A DNA stretch of 64,000 nucleotides from Candidatus Aenigmatarchaeota archaeon (GCA_039091535.1 JAWCLW010000003.1:2183-66182); one strand, 5' to 3'; positions 17,595-28,002 are shown, numbered from the stretch's first letter. Numbers and translations are program-made. The notes: generated from the letters alone by a model not told the origin.

Positions 17595-18407
17595 ATGAAA
17601 ATTATAAATAAAATATTTAAGAATGTTAAAAATAAAAATCCAAAATATAAAAATTTGCTTGTAGGTTTATTATCTTTACCTTTAATTTTTACACTCTCAA
17701 TGAAAGCTGATGCACAAACAAAAATTAGATCACATTTAAGTAGATCACAAGTAACAAGACAAGTAAGATTTATAAAGCCACCGTATATAAGATTACAACC
17801 TTATTTGTATAGTTTTTATGGGTATCCATATGTATTTTATTATCCGGAGTCATATTTATATAAAGAGATAATGATTAGACAAATGTTTTGCTATCCACCA
17901 CAAAAATGGTATATTCAATTGGATGTTAAAGAAGAAACAATGAAAGAAAACAAAGAAATAGAAAGATATCAAAAAGAAATAGAAAAATTGAAAAATAGGA
18001 TTGTTGAACTTGAGAAAAAGATAGAAGAGAAGCCAAGAGAAAAAAAGGCTTATCAGCCTGGATATCAGTATGGTGGATTAATGAAAGGACAATATATTGG
18101 TGAGGCTGTATCATTTCTTAATTGGTATCTATACAATAATGGTTTTGATGGTTGGCATGCTTATACACATAGATACGTTCCTGTGGATGATAAGAAATAC
18201 ATTTTTGATGTTGTAGTGGAGGATGAGCAAAATAATCAACTTTGTATTTTTGAATTTCCTGATAAAGAAGATGCATATGAAAAAAATAAAATGGAACTAA
18301 TAGAATATGGAAAATTAAAAATACCTGCTTATGTGATAGAACCGAAAGATAAAGGTCCAGATTTTATAAAACAATTGGAAGATGTCATTTACAAAATTAT
18401 AAAATAA
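17595..18407 (+). CDS. Hypothetical secreted/membrane protein with coiled coil
   Basis: 270 aa: N-terminal hydrophobic segment (LLVGLLSLPLIFTLSMKADA), a Tyr/Pro-rich stretch, an EKLKNRIVELEKKIEE coiled coil, and an unknown C-terminal domain. Confidence 0.4.
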   Translation: MKIINKIFKNVKNKNPKYKNLLVGLLSLPLIFTLSMKADAQTKIRSHLSRSQVTRQVRFIKPPYIRLQPYLYSFYGYPYVFYYPESYLYKEIMIRQMFCYPPQKWYIQLDVKEETMKENKEIERYQKEIEKLKNRIVELEKKIEEKPREKKAYQPGYQYGGLMKGQYIGEAVSFLNWYLYNNGFDGWHAYTHRYVPVDDKKYIFDVVVEDEQNNQLCIFEFPDKEDAYEKNKMELIEYGKLKIPAYVIEPKDKGPDFIKQLEDVIYKIIK

Positions 18408-20402
18408 TTATCTACTAATTCTAGAGACATGCCCCTCTTTATAAACTTTTATCGTATTTTCTACAAATGTGTCTATTTTTGGCTCATGAGAAACTATTAT
18501 AATTTGTTTTAAATTTAATTTTTCAATAACATCACGCATCCTTTCTAATTGATCTGTGCTAAATCCGTCTGTTGGTTCATCTAAAATTAATAAGTCTTTT
18601 GTCTTTATACCTTCCAATAAGATATTTACAACTTTATTAAGTGCAAGACGATACGCAAGTGCAACAGATGTACGTTCGCCACCAGAAAGATTAGCGTATT
18701 CTGTTTCGTATCCATTCTGCTCTATTATTGGGGTAAATTGTTCATCTATACGTACATTTAATTCATCACCCATAAGAATTGTAAACCATTCTTTGAAAAA
18801 TTTATTGAATTCTTGTTGTATACTATACATTACATGCTTTTCAATTGTTTCCATAAGATTTATAAAATGCTCATCAATCCAATTTATGAGCTCACCTATG
18901 TAATAACTACGATCTTTTTCTTTCTTCTTATTCTCTATTTCTTTTTTTAGGTTTGATATCATTTCATGCATATGTTTTAACTGTTCTTCTGTCCTTGAAA
19001 TATTTTTTTCAACAAAAAGTTTTTCATTATTAATTTTATCTAATTCTCCCTCAAGAGATTTGTATTTTATTTCTATTTTGCTGTAACTTTCCAACATTGG
19101 TTTGAGGGATAATATCTTCTTATTTAATTCATCTATATCATTTTTTATACTACTCTTTTCAACTTCTAATTTTTTCATCCAATTTATATAATCATTTATT
19201 GTTTTTTCAATTTGTGACTTTTTTTCGAGAGAATAAATATTTTCAAGAATTTTTTCTATCTTTTTTTCCATATCTGAAATATTTTTTTCTATTTCTTTGC
19301 ATTCATTTATTTTATTTTCTATGCGATTATTGAATTCATCCTTATTATATACTTTTTGCCCACAAACACCACACACGCCATTTTTCAATATTTCATTCAA
19401 TTTTTCAATTTCTTTCTTTATTGCACCATAAACAGAAATTGCATCAGATTTCTTTTTTTGCATCTCAGATAATTCATTCTTTAAATCATTAATATATCCG
19501 GTAACCATAAATTTTCTAAGTTCGTCTTGATATAATTTTATTTTTGTATTCACATCTTCTATATCTATGATAATTGTTTTTAGTCTTCTTTCTTTGATCG
19601 AGAGTTCAGATTCATAATGTATAACTTCACGACTTATCTTATTTAATTTTTCTATTTCTTCTTTCGCTATGTTCATTTCAGATTTTTTTATTTCCAACCT
19701 TTTATTCACATCCTCTAAAATTTTATTTTGTTCGATAAGCTTTTTTTCAGCATCAATCTTTTCTTTTTCTATTTTCTCTAATTCCAATAATTTATTTTCT
19801 AGATCCGCTATAGATATATCAAGCATTTTTTTAATAGATCTTAATTCTGTAAGAAACATTCTTGCATTGTTTCTTATAATCCCATATTTATCAATACCAA
19901 AAATTTTTCTAAGTACTTCAATACGTTCTTTGCTTAGAAGTATAGTTTTCATCTCTTCTTGTGGTGTATAAACTGTATAACGAAATATTGGCCTATTTTT
20001 CTTTATAGCATCTCTTGGATAGCCAAGTAATTCATATATTTTTTCTGTAAGTTCAGTTGGTGAAAATTCGCGTTCGATGCCATTAATCATTAACACGCCT
20101 GAATCCTGAACAACTCCTTTATTTCTTTTAAGCACTCTTTTTACTATTATATTTTTTCCATCGAGTTCAAATTCTAATTCAACCGAACCATGGTTCTTAT
20201 CGTGTCTTAAAAGATTTGTTCCATCAAGTTCACCTTTTCTTATGCCAAATAATGCAAAATCTGCTGCAAGAAGGATTGTGGATTTTCCAGAACCAACATC
20301 TCCAGAAAGTAATACAGAACCTCTTGGAAATTCTATTTTCTCATCAATATAACTTCTTATATTTTTCAATTTTATAAATTTCAAAATCATATCAAACACC
20401 AA
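18408..20402 (-). CDS. rad50: DNA double-strand break repair ATPase Rad50 (short coiled-coil form)
   Basis: Walker A GDVGSGKSTIL, zinc hook CGVCGQ mid-protein, signature LSGGERTSVALAYRLAL, Walker B LLILDEPTDGF, and D-loop/His VSHE. Only 664 aa. Confidence 0.9.
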   Translation of the reverse strand: MVFDMILKFIKLKNIRSYIDEKIEFPRGSVLLSGDVGSGKSTILLAADFALFGIRKGELDGTNLLRHDKNHGSVELEFELDGKNIIVKRVLKRNKGVVQDSGVLMINGIEREFSPTELTEKIYELLGYPRDAIKKNRPIFRYTVYTPQEEMKTILLSKERIEVLRKIFGIDKYGIIRNNARMFLTELRSIKKMLDISIADLENKLLELEKIEKEKIDAEKKLIEQNKILEDVNKRLEIKKSEMNIAKEEIEKLNKISREVIHYESELSIKERRLKTIIIDIEDVNTKIKLYQDELRKFMVTGYINDLKNELSEMQKKKSDAISVYGAIKKEIEKLNEILKNGVCGVCGQKVYNKDEFNNRIENKINECKEIEKNISDMEKKIEKILENIYSLEKKSQIEKTINDYINWMKKLEVEKSSIKNDIDELNKKILSLKPMLESYSKIEIKYKSLEGELDKINNEKLFVEKNISRTEEQLKHMHEMISNLKKEIENKKKEKDRSYYIGELINWIDEHFINLMETIEKHVMYSIQQEFNKFFKEWFTILMGDELNVRIDEQFTPIIEQNGYETEYANLSGGERTSVALAYRLALNKVVNILLEGIKTKDLLILDEPTDGFSTDQLERMRDVIEKLNLKQIIIVSHEPKIDTFVENTIKVYKEGHVSRISR

Positions 20403-21597
20403 GAATTTTTTTTACATTACTCTTTATTCTTTCTTCATATGTTGTATTTGTTTCACCTTCCATTTTTTCTTCCTTAAAGGTATTCATTAAATCTAAAATT
20501 ATTTTTTTTATTTCATTATTAGAAAATTTAGATAATTTGTAGGTATGCTCTGCTATCAATGTCTTTTCTAGTTCTTCAACTGTAACATTTGGTTTTATCT
20601 TAATTTCTTCGAATTCTTTTGTTGTTAGCATACTTATGTTTTTTTTAACAACCTTTGCACCTTTTTGATAAACTTTTGAATATATCGTCTTGAAATCTAT
20701 ATCAGATGGCTTACCATTTTCAAGCACCCCAGAAATCTTTAGCAAAAATATTTTATTTTTCAAATCCATATGCTCTATTTTATTTAATATCTCGTCTTCA
20801 ACACGCTTTACAGATTTTTTGTCAGCATTTATCTCTATTGTGACAACATCAATAATATTTAAATCAAACCAGTTGAGATTTATTTTACCATCATAATTCA
20901 CAAAATAAAAACCAGGTTTGCATTTTTCAAGCTCATCAAAGCTTGTTGGAAACAAAGCACCAGGATATACTATTTTGCCAAATTCTTCATCCCTTTCAAA
21001 TTTATGGTGTACATGTCCACCTGCATAATAATTGAAATTTTTTGGTAGAAGTGACAATGATATTGAGTCCATTTCTTTCAAATGTTGTGGTTTATATTCT
21101 GTTATTGCTGAATGAAAAACAAATATACTTAATCCATTATAATTTTCTGGACTCTCAAGACTTTCATAATAAGATTTTTCAAGACCACCTCTTCTACCTA
21201 ACATACCTGCAATCCTTGCACCACTTTTATCATTCACAAATTTTAGTTTCAATTTACCATCAACCTCAATGCATCTAGCAACATTTACTATAAGGCCTGC
21301 ATCCTCTAAAACAGATAGCATTGTTTTACCAGTAGGGGAAAAATCATGAGAACCAGGTATAGCATAAATATTTATTCCCGCATCTTTACATCTCTTTAGC
21401 CATGAAACAGCAAATCGCAAAATATCTATTGGAGGTATGCTTGAATCAAATAAATCCCCTGATATTATTATGAAATCTACAGCAGAATTTATGCATACAC
21501 TTATAGCCTCTTTAAATGCTAATAATGGATATTCACGCATATCTGGGTGATTATTCCATGAACCAAGATGCGGGTCAGCCATGTGTGCAAATCTCAT
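20392..21597 (-). CDS. mre11: DNA double-strand break repair nuclease Mre11
   Basis: Phosphoesterase motifs FAHMADPHLG, ISGDLFD, IPGSHD and GGHVHH. Overlaps rad50 by 11 nt. Confidence 0.9.
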   Translation of the reverse strand: MRFAHMADPHLGSWNNHPDMREYPLLAFKEAISVCINSAVDFIIISGDLFDSSIPPIDILRFAVSWLKRCKDAGINIYAIPGSHDFSPTGKTMLSVLEDAGLIVNVARCIEVDGKLKLKFVNDKSGARIAGMLGRRGGLEKSYYESLESPENYNGLSIFVFHSAITEYKPQHLKEMDSISLSLLPKNFNYYAGGHVHHKFERDEEFGKIVYPGALFPTSFDELEKCKPGFYFVNYDGKINLNWFDLNIIDVVTIEINADKKSVKRVEDEILNKIEHMDLKNKIFLLKISGVLENGKPSDIDFKTIYSKVYQKGAKVVKKNISMLTTKEFEEIKIKPNVTVEELEKTLIAEHTYKLSKFSNNEIKKIILDLMNTFKEEKMEGETNTTYEERIKSNVKKILGV

Positions 21598-21691
21598 TCA
21601 AAAACACTTCCTAAATTTTTTTTTGAAAGAAATGTACGCTTTGTGAAATATCTCATAAAGAAAAATAATCAAGAAAAATACTTAAAATAAA

Positions 21692-23206
21692 TTAATACTC
21701 TTCCCAATGCACCTTTCTTTTTTCTCTATTTTCTAAAATATCTTCAAATTTTGGTATACTTATAGGTATTGCGAATTTTGTGAAACTTGAAGTAACTATA
21801 GCTTCTCCTATGTCTAAACTTGCTATATTTCTATTCTCTTTTGATAAATCTTGAGCAGCACTTTCTATTACTGCATTTCTTTCTGATACAAGCTCTATCC
21901 CGAGTATTATCTTTGTATTCATGTTTGCAAGTATTTCTTTTGGTATAAGACTTGGTAATTGCGTTATAGCTATCAATCCAATATTAAATTTTCTACCCTC
22001 TCTTGCTATTGTTGTAAAAATATTTTTTCTTTCAAGTGAGTCTGCATTAAGAACACGTGGCGCTTCTTCTAATACAATAGAAATAATTGGTTTTTTATTA
22101 ATAATATTATCCATTTTATATTGCTTGTAATTATTAAATATCTCTTTTGCTATCATTGAACCTATCAAAATTTCTATTTCACTTGAAAGCATGGATGTAT
22201 CTATAATAACATTTTTGCCATTTTCAAGTTCAGAGCATATATCACTTATTGTTGTTCTCCCAGCATTTATATCAAAAACCCCAGTACATTCTAGTTCGCC
22301 ATCTATTTTTCTTATTCCGAGAATTACATTAAATTTTCTCTGTAAAACATTTAGTGTTTCTGGTTTTATATTTATCATTTCACATATATCGCTGTCTGCA
22401 AGTACAAGTTCACTTACCCAATTATCTTTATATTCATTGTAAAATAAATACATAGCTTCTATTTGGGCATCACTAAGATTCATAACATCGTCAAGGTGCC
22501 ATGGTTTAAGTTTTTCTATGTTTATAATTAATTTTCTAGTGCCTGGTAATGGATTTAGTGAATAATAAATACAGTTATAATCTTTTAAACCAGGTCCATT
22601 ACGTCCATAATATTCATCATGAGGATCGAGAATAAGAAATGAGCAAAAATCTTGCTTCATTGCAGATGCTGCCATAACTTTTACAAGGTTACTTTTCCCA
22701 CGTCCAGTTGTTGCTGCAATAAATACATGATGTTTAAGTGTATTTTTTCCTTGCAAAAATACATCGGCATTTATTATTTTTGAGCCTGAACGGATCTTCC
22801 CAACATATAATGCATCATATGGTTTTGATAAAAATTTCAAATCATTTTCTGTTATTGGTCTTATTTCAGAAAAAAATTCAGGTAGTTTTTTTGGTACCTT
22901 TGCGATACCATTTGAAACAGTAAGTAAAATCTTTAGACGCGCTAATGTATAATTTGATAGTTCTTTATCAAAAAAATCAAGGTTTTGATAGCCCTCAAGC
23001 TTCATACCAGCTATGAGCTCTCTTGTTGACTCTCCTATCTGACTACCATAAAGCAAATCAAATACCTCAAGAATAACATATGAATTTTGATCTATATCTG
23101 CAACAAAAAGATCACCAAGCTCTATTTCTTTTCCAGATTTTTGTCTTACAATTATTTCAGAAAAATTACCGCCTATAATCTGACCGACGATTTCCATTCT
23201 TATCAC
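21692..23206 (-). CDS. herA: HerA-type DNA helicase/translocase
   Basis: N-terminal barrel region ([14 protein letters not shown]), Walker [14 protein letters not shown], and Walker B-like SIVLEEAPR. 504 aa, in a cluster with nurA, mre11 and rad50. Confidence 0.85.
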   Translation of the reverse strand: MIRMEIVGQIIGGNFSEIIVRQKSGKEIELGDLFVADIDQNSYVILEVFDLLYGSQIGESTRELIAGMKLEGYQNLDFFDKELSNYTLARLKILLTVSNGIAKVPKKLPEFFSEIRPITENDLKFLSKPYDALYVGKIRSGSKIINADVFLQGKNTLKHHVFIAATTGRGKSNLVKVMAASAMKQDFCSFLILDPHDEYYGRNGPGLKDYNCIYYSLNPLPGTRKLIINIEKLKPWHLDDVMNLSDAQIEAMYLFYNEYKDNWVSELVLADSDICEMINIKPETLNVLQRKFNVILGIRKIDGELECTGVFDINAGRTTISDICSELENGKNVIIDTSMLSSEIEILIGSMIAKEIFNNYKQYKMDNIINKKPIISIVLEEAPRVLNADSLERKNIFTTIAREGRKFNIGLIAITQLPSLIPKEILANMNTKIILGIELVSERNAVIESAAQDLSKENRNIASLDIGEAIVTSSFTKFAIPISIPKFEDILENREKRKVHWEEY

Positions 23207-23835
23207 CTGAAATATTTTAGCAGTTCATCAGGTTTATCTATAACAATATCTGCGTCTATTAATTTATTTTTATTTTCATACCCATATGAAACTGCTATAA
23301 TTCTTTTTACATGTGCACGTCTTCCGCATTCTATATCAATTCTTGTATCACAAACAAAATTTGTACTTTCTGGTTTTGAATCTAATTTTTTTATACATAA
23401 AAGCAATTGATCTGGATGTGGTTTAGGCTTTGCTACATTTACATCAACAATACAATCAAAAAAATTTAAGAGTTCATATTTTTTTAATATATTTTCTATT
23501 ACATCTTTGAAATTATTTGAGACAATACCAAATTTATAATTTTTGTGAAGTTCTTTTATTACAGAATCCATATTATTGACAATATTTATTTTATCCTTAT
23601 AGACTTTTGCTTCATTAGTAAATAATTCAGGAACATTTTTTAATTCATAATCATTAAAGCCAAGCTCCTTATAAACATCTTTCCAATATCTACCTGTAAA
23701 TTTTTCTATGAATTTTTCATAATCTTCAAATGGTTTCTTTCCAAACATCTTTAATATCTTATTGTTTATTTCATAATAATATCTAGAAGTATTTACTAGG
23801 GTACCATCAAAATCAAATATTATTACATTTTTCAT
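23203..23835 (-). CDS. HAD-superfamily phosphatase (phosphoglycolate phosphatase-like)
   Basis: Motif [13 protein letters not shown], motif II VSNN, and a late Asp motif region. The start was set to the ATG at 23835 ([11 protein letters not shown]), which removes the overlap with the nurA reading frame. The track ORF extends to 23946. Confidence 0.8.
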   Translation of the reverse strand: MKNVIIFDFDGTLVNTSRYYYEINNKILKMFGKKPFEDYEKFIEKFTGRYWKDVYKELGFNDYELKNVPELFTNEAKVYKDKINIVNNMDSVIKELHKNYKFGIVSNNFKDVIENILKKYELLNFFDCIVDVNVAKPKPHPDQLLLCIKKLDSKPESTNFVCDTRIDIECGRRAHVKRIIAVSYGYENKNKLIDADIVIDKPDELLKYFR

Positions 23836-23839
23836 ATAA

Positions 23840-24910
23840 TCATCTGAAAATTTTGTTGAGTATTTCATGGGCATCTGATGCAGATATAAAATCTTCTTGT
23901 TTTTTGGTTTCTGATAATAATAATGCTCTGTGATATAACTTTTCATTTTCTGTTACTCTTGCAAGACTATCTGCATCTATAAGTCCAAAAGGATATCCTG
24001 GAAAACGAAAATCACAACTATTTTCTGCTAATGTTGCTATCACATCATTCACATCAATTTTTTTAAATTGTTCTTTCAATATTTCATATCTAAATACATG
24101 GTTAGAATTTGGATGCAATTTTGTTACAATAATCTCCGCCTTGTGGTCGGGTTGTTCTATATCAACAATTGGATAATAGTACCATTTTTTATTTGACATA
24201 ATAGCATTACCACGCTTTTTTAACACAGCTAAAAGACTGTTTCCTGTTGTTGTGAATAATGTTGATGTTTTTGCAAGACCTGAAAATATAACATTTTTTC
24301 TTATCGCTGCATCATAAACATCTTCTGAAAATATATGTTCATTTGTTACACCTGTTTGTAATGAACCATCCTTAACAATAATATCATCACAATCTAACTC
24401 ATTTTTTATAACATACTTTGCAATCTTCCATTCTGCAAATCTTCTTATAACATTAGATATTTTAGATATATCTACAATAAATATACCTTCTCTCAATGTT
24501 TGATCAAGCAAACTAAATGATAAATATTTTTCTTCTGGCAAAAATTCACTATAGTCACCCAACGGAAAGATTTCCGTTTTATATATTAATTCATTATTAC
24601 CAACCAATTTTACAATAGCGTAGAATTCTATCCTTGATTGCATTTGTGGCTTTATCTTTTTTACACCATCAAAAACATTAAAATATATGCGAATAAAATT
24701 TATTGAAAAATTTGGTGCAGATAAAATTTCAGCATTACCACCATCAACAAATGCTATCTTTCTATTTTTTTTTGATTCTAATATCTCATGAAAATTTTTA
24801 TTATCTAAAGGGATTGGCTTATACCTTTCGTCATGAAATTTTGGGTCACCATCTTCAAACTTTCTTATTTCACTTAATGAATTTGCTATTTTTTCAATTA
24901 CCCTTTTCAT
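23840..24910 (-). CDS. nurA: NurA-type 5'-3' nuclease
   Basis: 356 aa with NurA-like acidic motifs (IAFVDGGNAEI, IIVKDGSLQTG), in a cluster with herA, mre11 and rad50. Confidence 0.7.
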   Translation of the reverse strand: MKRVIEKIANSLSEIRKFEDGDPKFHDERYKPIPLDNKNFHEILESKKNRKIAFVDGGNAEILSAPNFSINFIRIYFNVFDGVKKIKPQMQSRIEFYAIVKLVGNNELIYKTEIFPLGDYSEFLPEEKYLSFSLLDQTLREGIFIVDISKISNVIRRFAEWKIAKYVIKNELDCDDIIVKDGSLQTGVTNEHIFSEDVYDAAIRKNVIFSGLAKTSTLFTTTGNSLLAVLKKRGNAIMSNKKWYYYPIVDIEQPDHKAEIIVTKLHPNSNHVFRYEILKEQFKKIDVNDVIATLAENSCDFRFPGYPFGLIDADSLARVTENEKLYHRALLLSETKKQEDFISASDAHEILNKIFR

Positions 24911-24935
24911 ATCAATTAATAAATCAGAGTAAAGT

Positions 24936-24944
24936 ATTTATAAA
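24936..24944 (+). promoter_or_regulatory. TATA-box-like element upstream of initiator tRNA
   Basis: ATTTATAAA lies about 28-36 nt upstream of tRNA position 1 (24972), consistent with archaeal promoter spacing. Confidence 0.35.
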
Positions 24945-24971
24945 TCTTAATAATATATTATTAGTTTGCAT

Positions 24972-25144
24972 AGCGAGGTGGAGCAGCCTGGAGTAAGACG
25001 CATTTTTGCGTCTTTTGATTGAATGCTCACCGGGCCCATAATCCATTTCCTTAAAAGAATGTGAGACCCGGGGGTCGTTGGTTCAAATCCCAGAGAAGAA
25101 TGTAATTAATGTAAATTAATTGGGTGAAATTCCAACCCTCGCTA
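24972..25144 (+). tRNA. Initiator tRNA-Met (CAU) interrupted by three insertions (D-loop, anticodon 37/38, T-arm)
   Basis: Acceptor AGCGAGG/CCTCGCT plus A73. D stem GAGC/GCTC. Anticodon stem CCGGG/CCCGG with loop CCCATAA. Variable GGGTC. T stem GTTGG/CCAAC with loop TTCAAAT. A1:U72 and a triple G:C in the anticodon stem. The span is 173 nt, versus about 75 nt mature. No encoded CCA. Confidence 0.8.
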
Positions 25145-25149
25145 TTTTT
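25145..25149 (+). terminator. Oligo-T tract after tRNA
   Basis: TTTTT follows the discriminator base directly. Oligo-T is the usual archaeal termination signal. Confidence 0.35.
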
Positions 25150-25256
25150 CATTAATAAAATTGTATTTCAATTTGACAAAAAAAGAAGAAAAAAATAAAG
25201 ATAACGACAATCTGTTACCAATCAACTTTTAAACATTTTTAATAAATTAGATACTT

Positions 25257-25814
25257 ATGCTTTCGGATGAGGATGGTAAATTTCTATTAAGGCTTGCACG
25301 TGATGCAATAGAAAAATTTGTTAGAAATGAAAAAGTAGAAAAACCTAAAAATTATCCAAAAATATTAGATGAGCCAAGAGGTGTTTTTTGTACAATAAAA
25401 AAGAATGGTAATTTGAGAGGCTGTATTGGAATGCTATATCCAATTATGCCATTGATAAAGGCTACGATTTCAGCTGCTATTTCTGCATGTAGTGAGGACC
25501 CAAGATTTCGACCAATAAGAGAGGCGGAATTGGATAAAATAAAAATTGAAATATCGATATTAACAGAACCAAAAATTATTGAAGTTAAGAAGCCTGAAGA
25601 ATATTTAGAAAAAATAAAGATAGGTAATGATGGATTGATAATAGAATATGGTCCATATTCTGGTCTTCTCCTTCCTCAAGTACCACTAGAATATAATTGG
25701 AATGTTGAAGAATTTTTAGATCATCTTTGTATGAAGGCGGGATTACCAGAAGGAATGTGGAAAGAAAAAGGTATTAAAATTTATAAATTTCAGGCACAAA
25801 TTTTTAGTGAATAA
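25257..25814 (+). CDS. AMMECR1-domain protein
   Basis: PRGVFCTIKKNGNLRGCIG and DPRFRP...EI motifs characteristic of AMMECR1. 185 aa. Confidence 0.85.
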   Translation: MLSDEDGKFLLRLARDAIEKFVRNEKVEKPKNYPKILDEPRGVFCTIKKNGNLRGCIGMLYPIMPLIKATISAAISACSEDPRFRPIREAELDKIKIEISILTEPKIIEVKKPEEYLEKIKIGNDGLIIEYGPYSGLLLPQVPLEYNWNVEEFLDHLCMKAGLPEGMWKEKGIKIYKFQAQIFSE

Positions 25815-25874
25815 TTTAACAAATGACTATTTATCGGATTCACATTTAAATTTTTCTTTTGTATATGTTAGTTT

Positions 25875-27095
25875 ATGGAGATATTAGAAAAAGCTAAAAA
25901 AATATTAAGACAACCTGTATGTGATAATTGTCTTGGACGGCAATTTGCACAATTGCTTCATGGGTATAACAACAAAGAAAGAGGTAAAATTATAAGAACA
26001 ATAATAGCCATGAGTATAGACAAAGAAGATTGCAAAACAGATATGGATTTATCAAATTTTTCTGGATTTAAATTTCATAATTTTGAATTAAAAGAAAAAT
26101 TAATCGAAAAAAAATGTTCTCTCTGTAATAATATCTTTGAAAAACTTGATATATTTTCAAAAAAAGCTATAGAAAAATCTAAAAATATCCAATTTAATAC
26201 ATTCCTTGTTGGTACAAAACTCTCCTTTGATTTGATAAGTAAAGAAGAAGAACTTTGGGAGCATATTGGCATAGATTATTGCGAGCCTATCAAAGCTGAA
26301 ATAAATAGAGAAGTTGGCAAATTGATTGAAAAGAAAATAAAAGCAAGATTCAACCCAAAGAATCCTGATGTAAATTTTATAATTGATATCGAAAAAAATT
26401 CAATAAATATAGAAATAAATCCAATTTTTATATATGGTGAATATCAGAAGCTCATAAGAGGTATACCACAAACGAAATGGCCATCTAAAAAATATAAAAC
26501 AAGTGTAGAAGAAATAATTGCAAAACCATTTATGTTAGCAACACATGGAAAGGAACATAAGTTTCATGGCCTTGGAAGAGAAGACATAGATGCAAGGTGC
26601 CTTGCATGGAGACCTTTTGTTCTTGAAATAATCGAACCAAAAATCAGAAATATAAATCTAAAAGAGATTTCAAAAAAAATATCTAATAAAATAAAGGTAA
26701 AAAAATTAAGAATATCTAATATAAGTGAGGTCAGAAAAATAAAGGAAGCACGTGTTGATAAAACATATCATGCAATAGTTGAATGCGATAAAAAAATAAC
26801 AAAAAATGATTTAGAAAAATTAAAATCACTTATAACACAAATAAGACAAAAAACACCGACACGCGTCCTTCACCGCCGTGCCGATAAACTTAGAAAAAGA
26901 AATGTAAAATATATAAAAGCAAAACTAATTAACTCTAAAAAATTTAATCTTGTAGTACGCTGTGAGGCAGGGCTTTATGTAAAGGAACTAATAAGTGGTG
27001 ATAATGATCGAACAAAACCATCTGTTTCTGAAATTTTAGGATGCAACTGTAGATGCAAGGAATTGGATGTCATCAAAATTGAAAGATACATTTAA
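25875..27095 (+). CDS. pus10: tRNA pseudouridine synthase Pus10
   Basis: N-terminal zinc motif CDNCLGRQFA...CSLCNN, a THUMP-like middle, and a catalytic region (GREDIDARCLAWRPFVLEI, KTPTRVLHRRADKLRKR). 406 aa. Confidence 0.85.
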   Translation: MEILEKAKKILRQPVCDNCLGRQFAQLLHGYNNKERGKIIRTIIAMSIDKEDCKTDMDLSNFSGFKFHNFELKEKLIEKKCSLCNNIFEKLDIFSKKAIEKSKNIQFNTFLVGTKLSFDLISKEEELWEHIGIDYCEPIKAEINREVGKLIEKKIKARFNPKNPDVNFIIDIEKNSINIEINPIFIYGEYQKLIRGIPQTKWPSKKYKTSVEEIIAKPFMLATHGKEHKFHGLGREDIDARCLAWRPFVLEIIEPKIRNINLKEISKKISNKIKVKKLRISNISEVRKIKEARVDKTYHAIVECDKKITKNDLEKLKSLITQIRQKTPTRVLHRRADKLRKRNVKYIKAKLINSKKFNLVVRCEAGLYVKELISGDNDRTKPSVSEILGCNCRCKELDVIKIERYI

Positions 27096-27121
27096 AAATT
27101 TTTAAAATACTCAATTTAATT

Positions 27122-27346
27122 ATGTCAAAAGAATTCATTTCATGTGGATTTTATAAATTCGGACTTTGTAATGAGTTGCTCCCAAAGAGGGTAGAATGTG
27201 GGGGAAATATCTTAAATTGTTTGTATTTGAGAAATTATTCCATAAAAACACCTAATTTAACAGCATCCTATTTTGGAGAAAAAACAAAAAATAAAGAAGA
27301 GATTATAAAAATTTTGAAGATATATCCAACACTCCAAACCTTTTAA
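27122..27346 (+). CDS. Hypothetical small Cys-containing protein
   Basis: 74-aa ORF between pus10 and rpl21e. Four Cys in the N-terminal 35 aa. No family recognised. Confidence 0.3.
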   Translation: MSKEFISCGFYKFGLCNELLPKRVECGGNILNCLYLRNYSIKTPNLTASYFGEKTKNKEEIIKILKIYPTLQTF

Positions 27347-27385
27347 GCTTTTATCTTCAATAAAAATCAAACAGGAGAAATAAAT

Positions 27386-27661
27386 ATGGTCAGAAAATCA
27401 TATGGAAAGATGCGCAAAACAAGGAAAAAATTGAAACTTAGTAAAAAACCAACGCTCACTAGATTCTTACAAGAATTTAATCCAGGTGATAAGGTTGTGA
27501 TAGATATAGCAACATGCAGGAAGATACCACACCCAAATTTTCAAGGCCTTACAGGAACTGTAATTGGCAAGCGTGGTAGGAGCTTTGAGGTAAAGATAAG
27601 AGATAAGAATTCTATAAAAACATTATTTATAAGACCAGAACATTTAAAATTACAAAAATGA
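27386..27661 (+). CDS. rpl21e: 50S ribosomal protein L21e
   Basis: SYGKMRKTRKKL...GDKVVIDI...HPNFQGLTGTVIGKRGRSFEVKI. AGGAG SD upstream. Confidence 0.9.
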   Translation: MVRKSYGKMRKTRKKLKLSKKPTLTRFLQEFNPGDKVVIDIATCRKIPHPNFQGLTGTVIGKRGRSFEVKIRDKNSIKTLFIRPEHLKLQK

Positions 27662-28002
27662 ATGGTGATTATATGGATGTAATTGTTGAAGAAGATGTAA
27701 GCATATATGATGCAAAGCAAATATTAAATGAACGTAAGAAAGAAAAAGACTTAAATTATGAGCAAAAAATTTGTTTTGAATATCTAGAAAAAATTTGCAA
27801 TTTATCTCCAGCAAAATTAAAAGATATGATTAATGAATTGAGCAAAATATCTATACTCAAACCAAGATATATTGCATTGATCTTAAACATGATGCCTGAT
27901 ACAGATGAAGAGGTTGAAACACTTTTCAGTAAAGAGAGAACAAATCTAAAGAAGGATGAGATAAAACAGATAGTAAGCATAGTAAATAAGTTTAAGAAAT
28001 AG
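27658..28002 (+). CDS. rpoF: DNA-directed RNA polymerase subunit F (Rpo4/Rpb4-like)
   Basis: Conserved archaeal position directly after rpl21e (4-nt overlap). HRDC-like tail LKPRYIALILNMMPDTDEEVETLFSKERTNLKKDEIKQIVSIV. Confidence 0.65.
   Translation: MNGDYMDVIVEEDVSIYDAKQILNERKKEKDLNYEQKICFEYLEKICNLSPAKLKDMINELSKISILKPRYIALILNMMPDTDEEVETLFSKERTNLKKDEIKQIVSIVNKFKK

Noticed and set aside
23836-23946. Long N-terminal extension of the HAD ORF overlapping nurA by 107 nt
   Set aside because: The HAD motif I (DFDGTL) normally lies within about 10 residues of the N-terminus. The internal ATG at 23835 gives [11 protein letters not shown] and removes the overlap with the nurA coding region.
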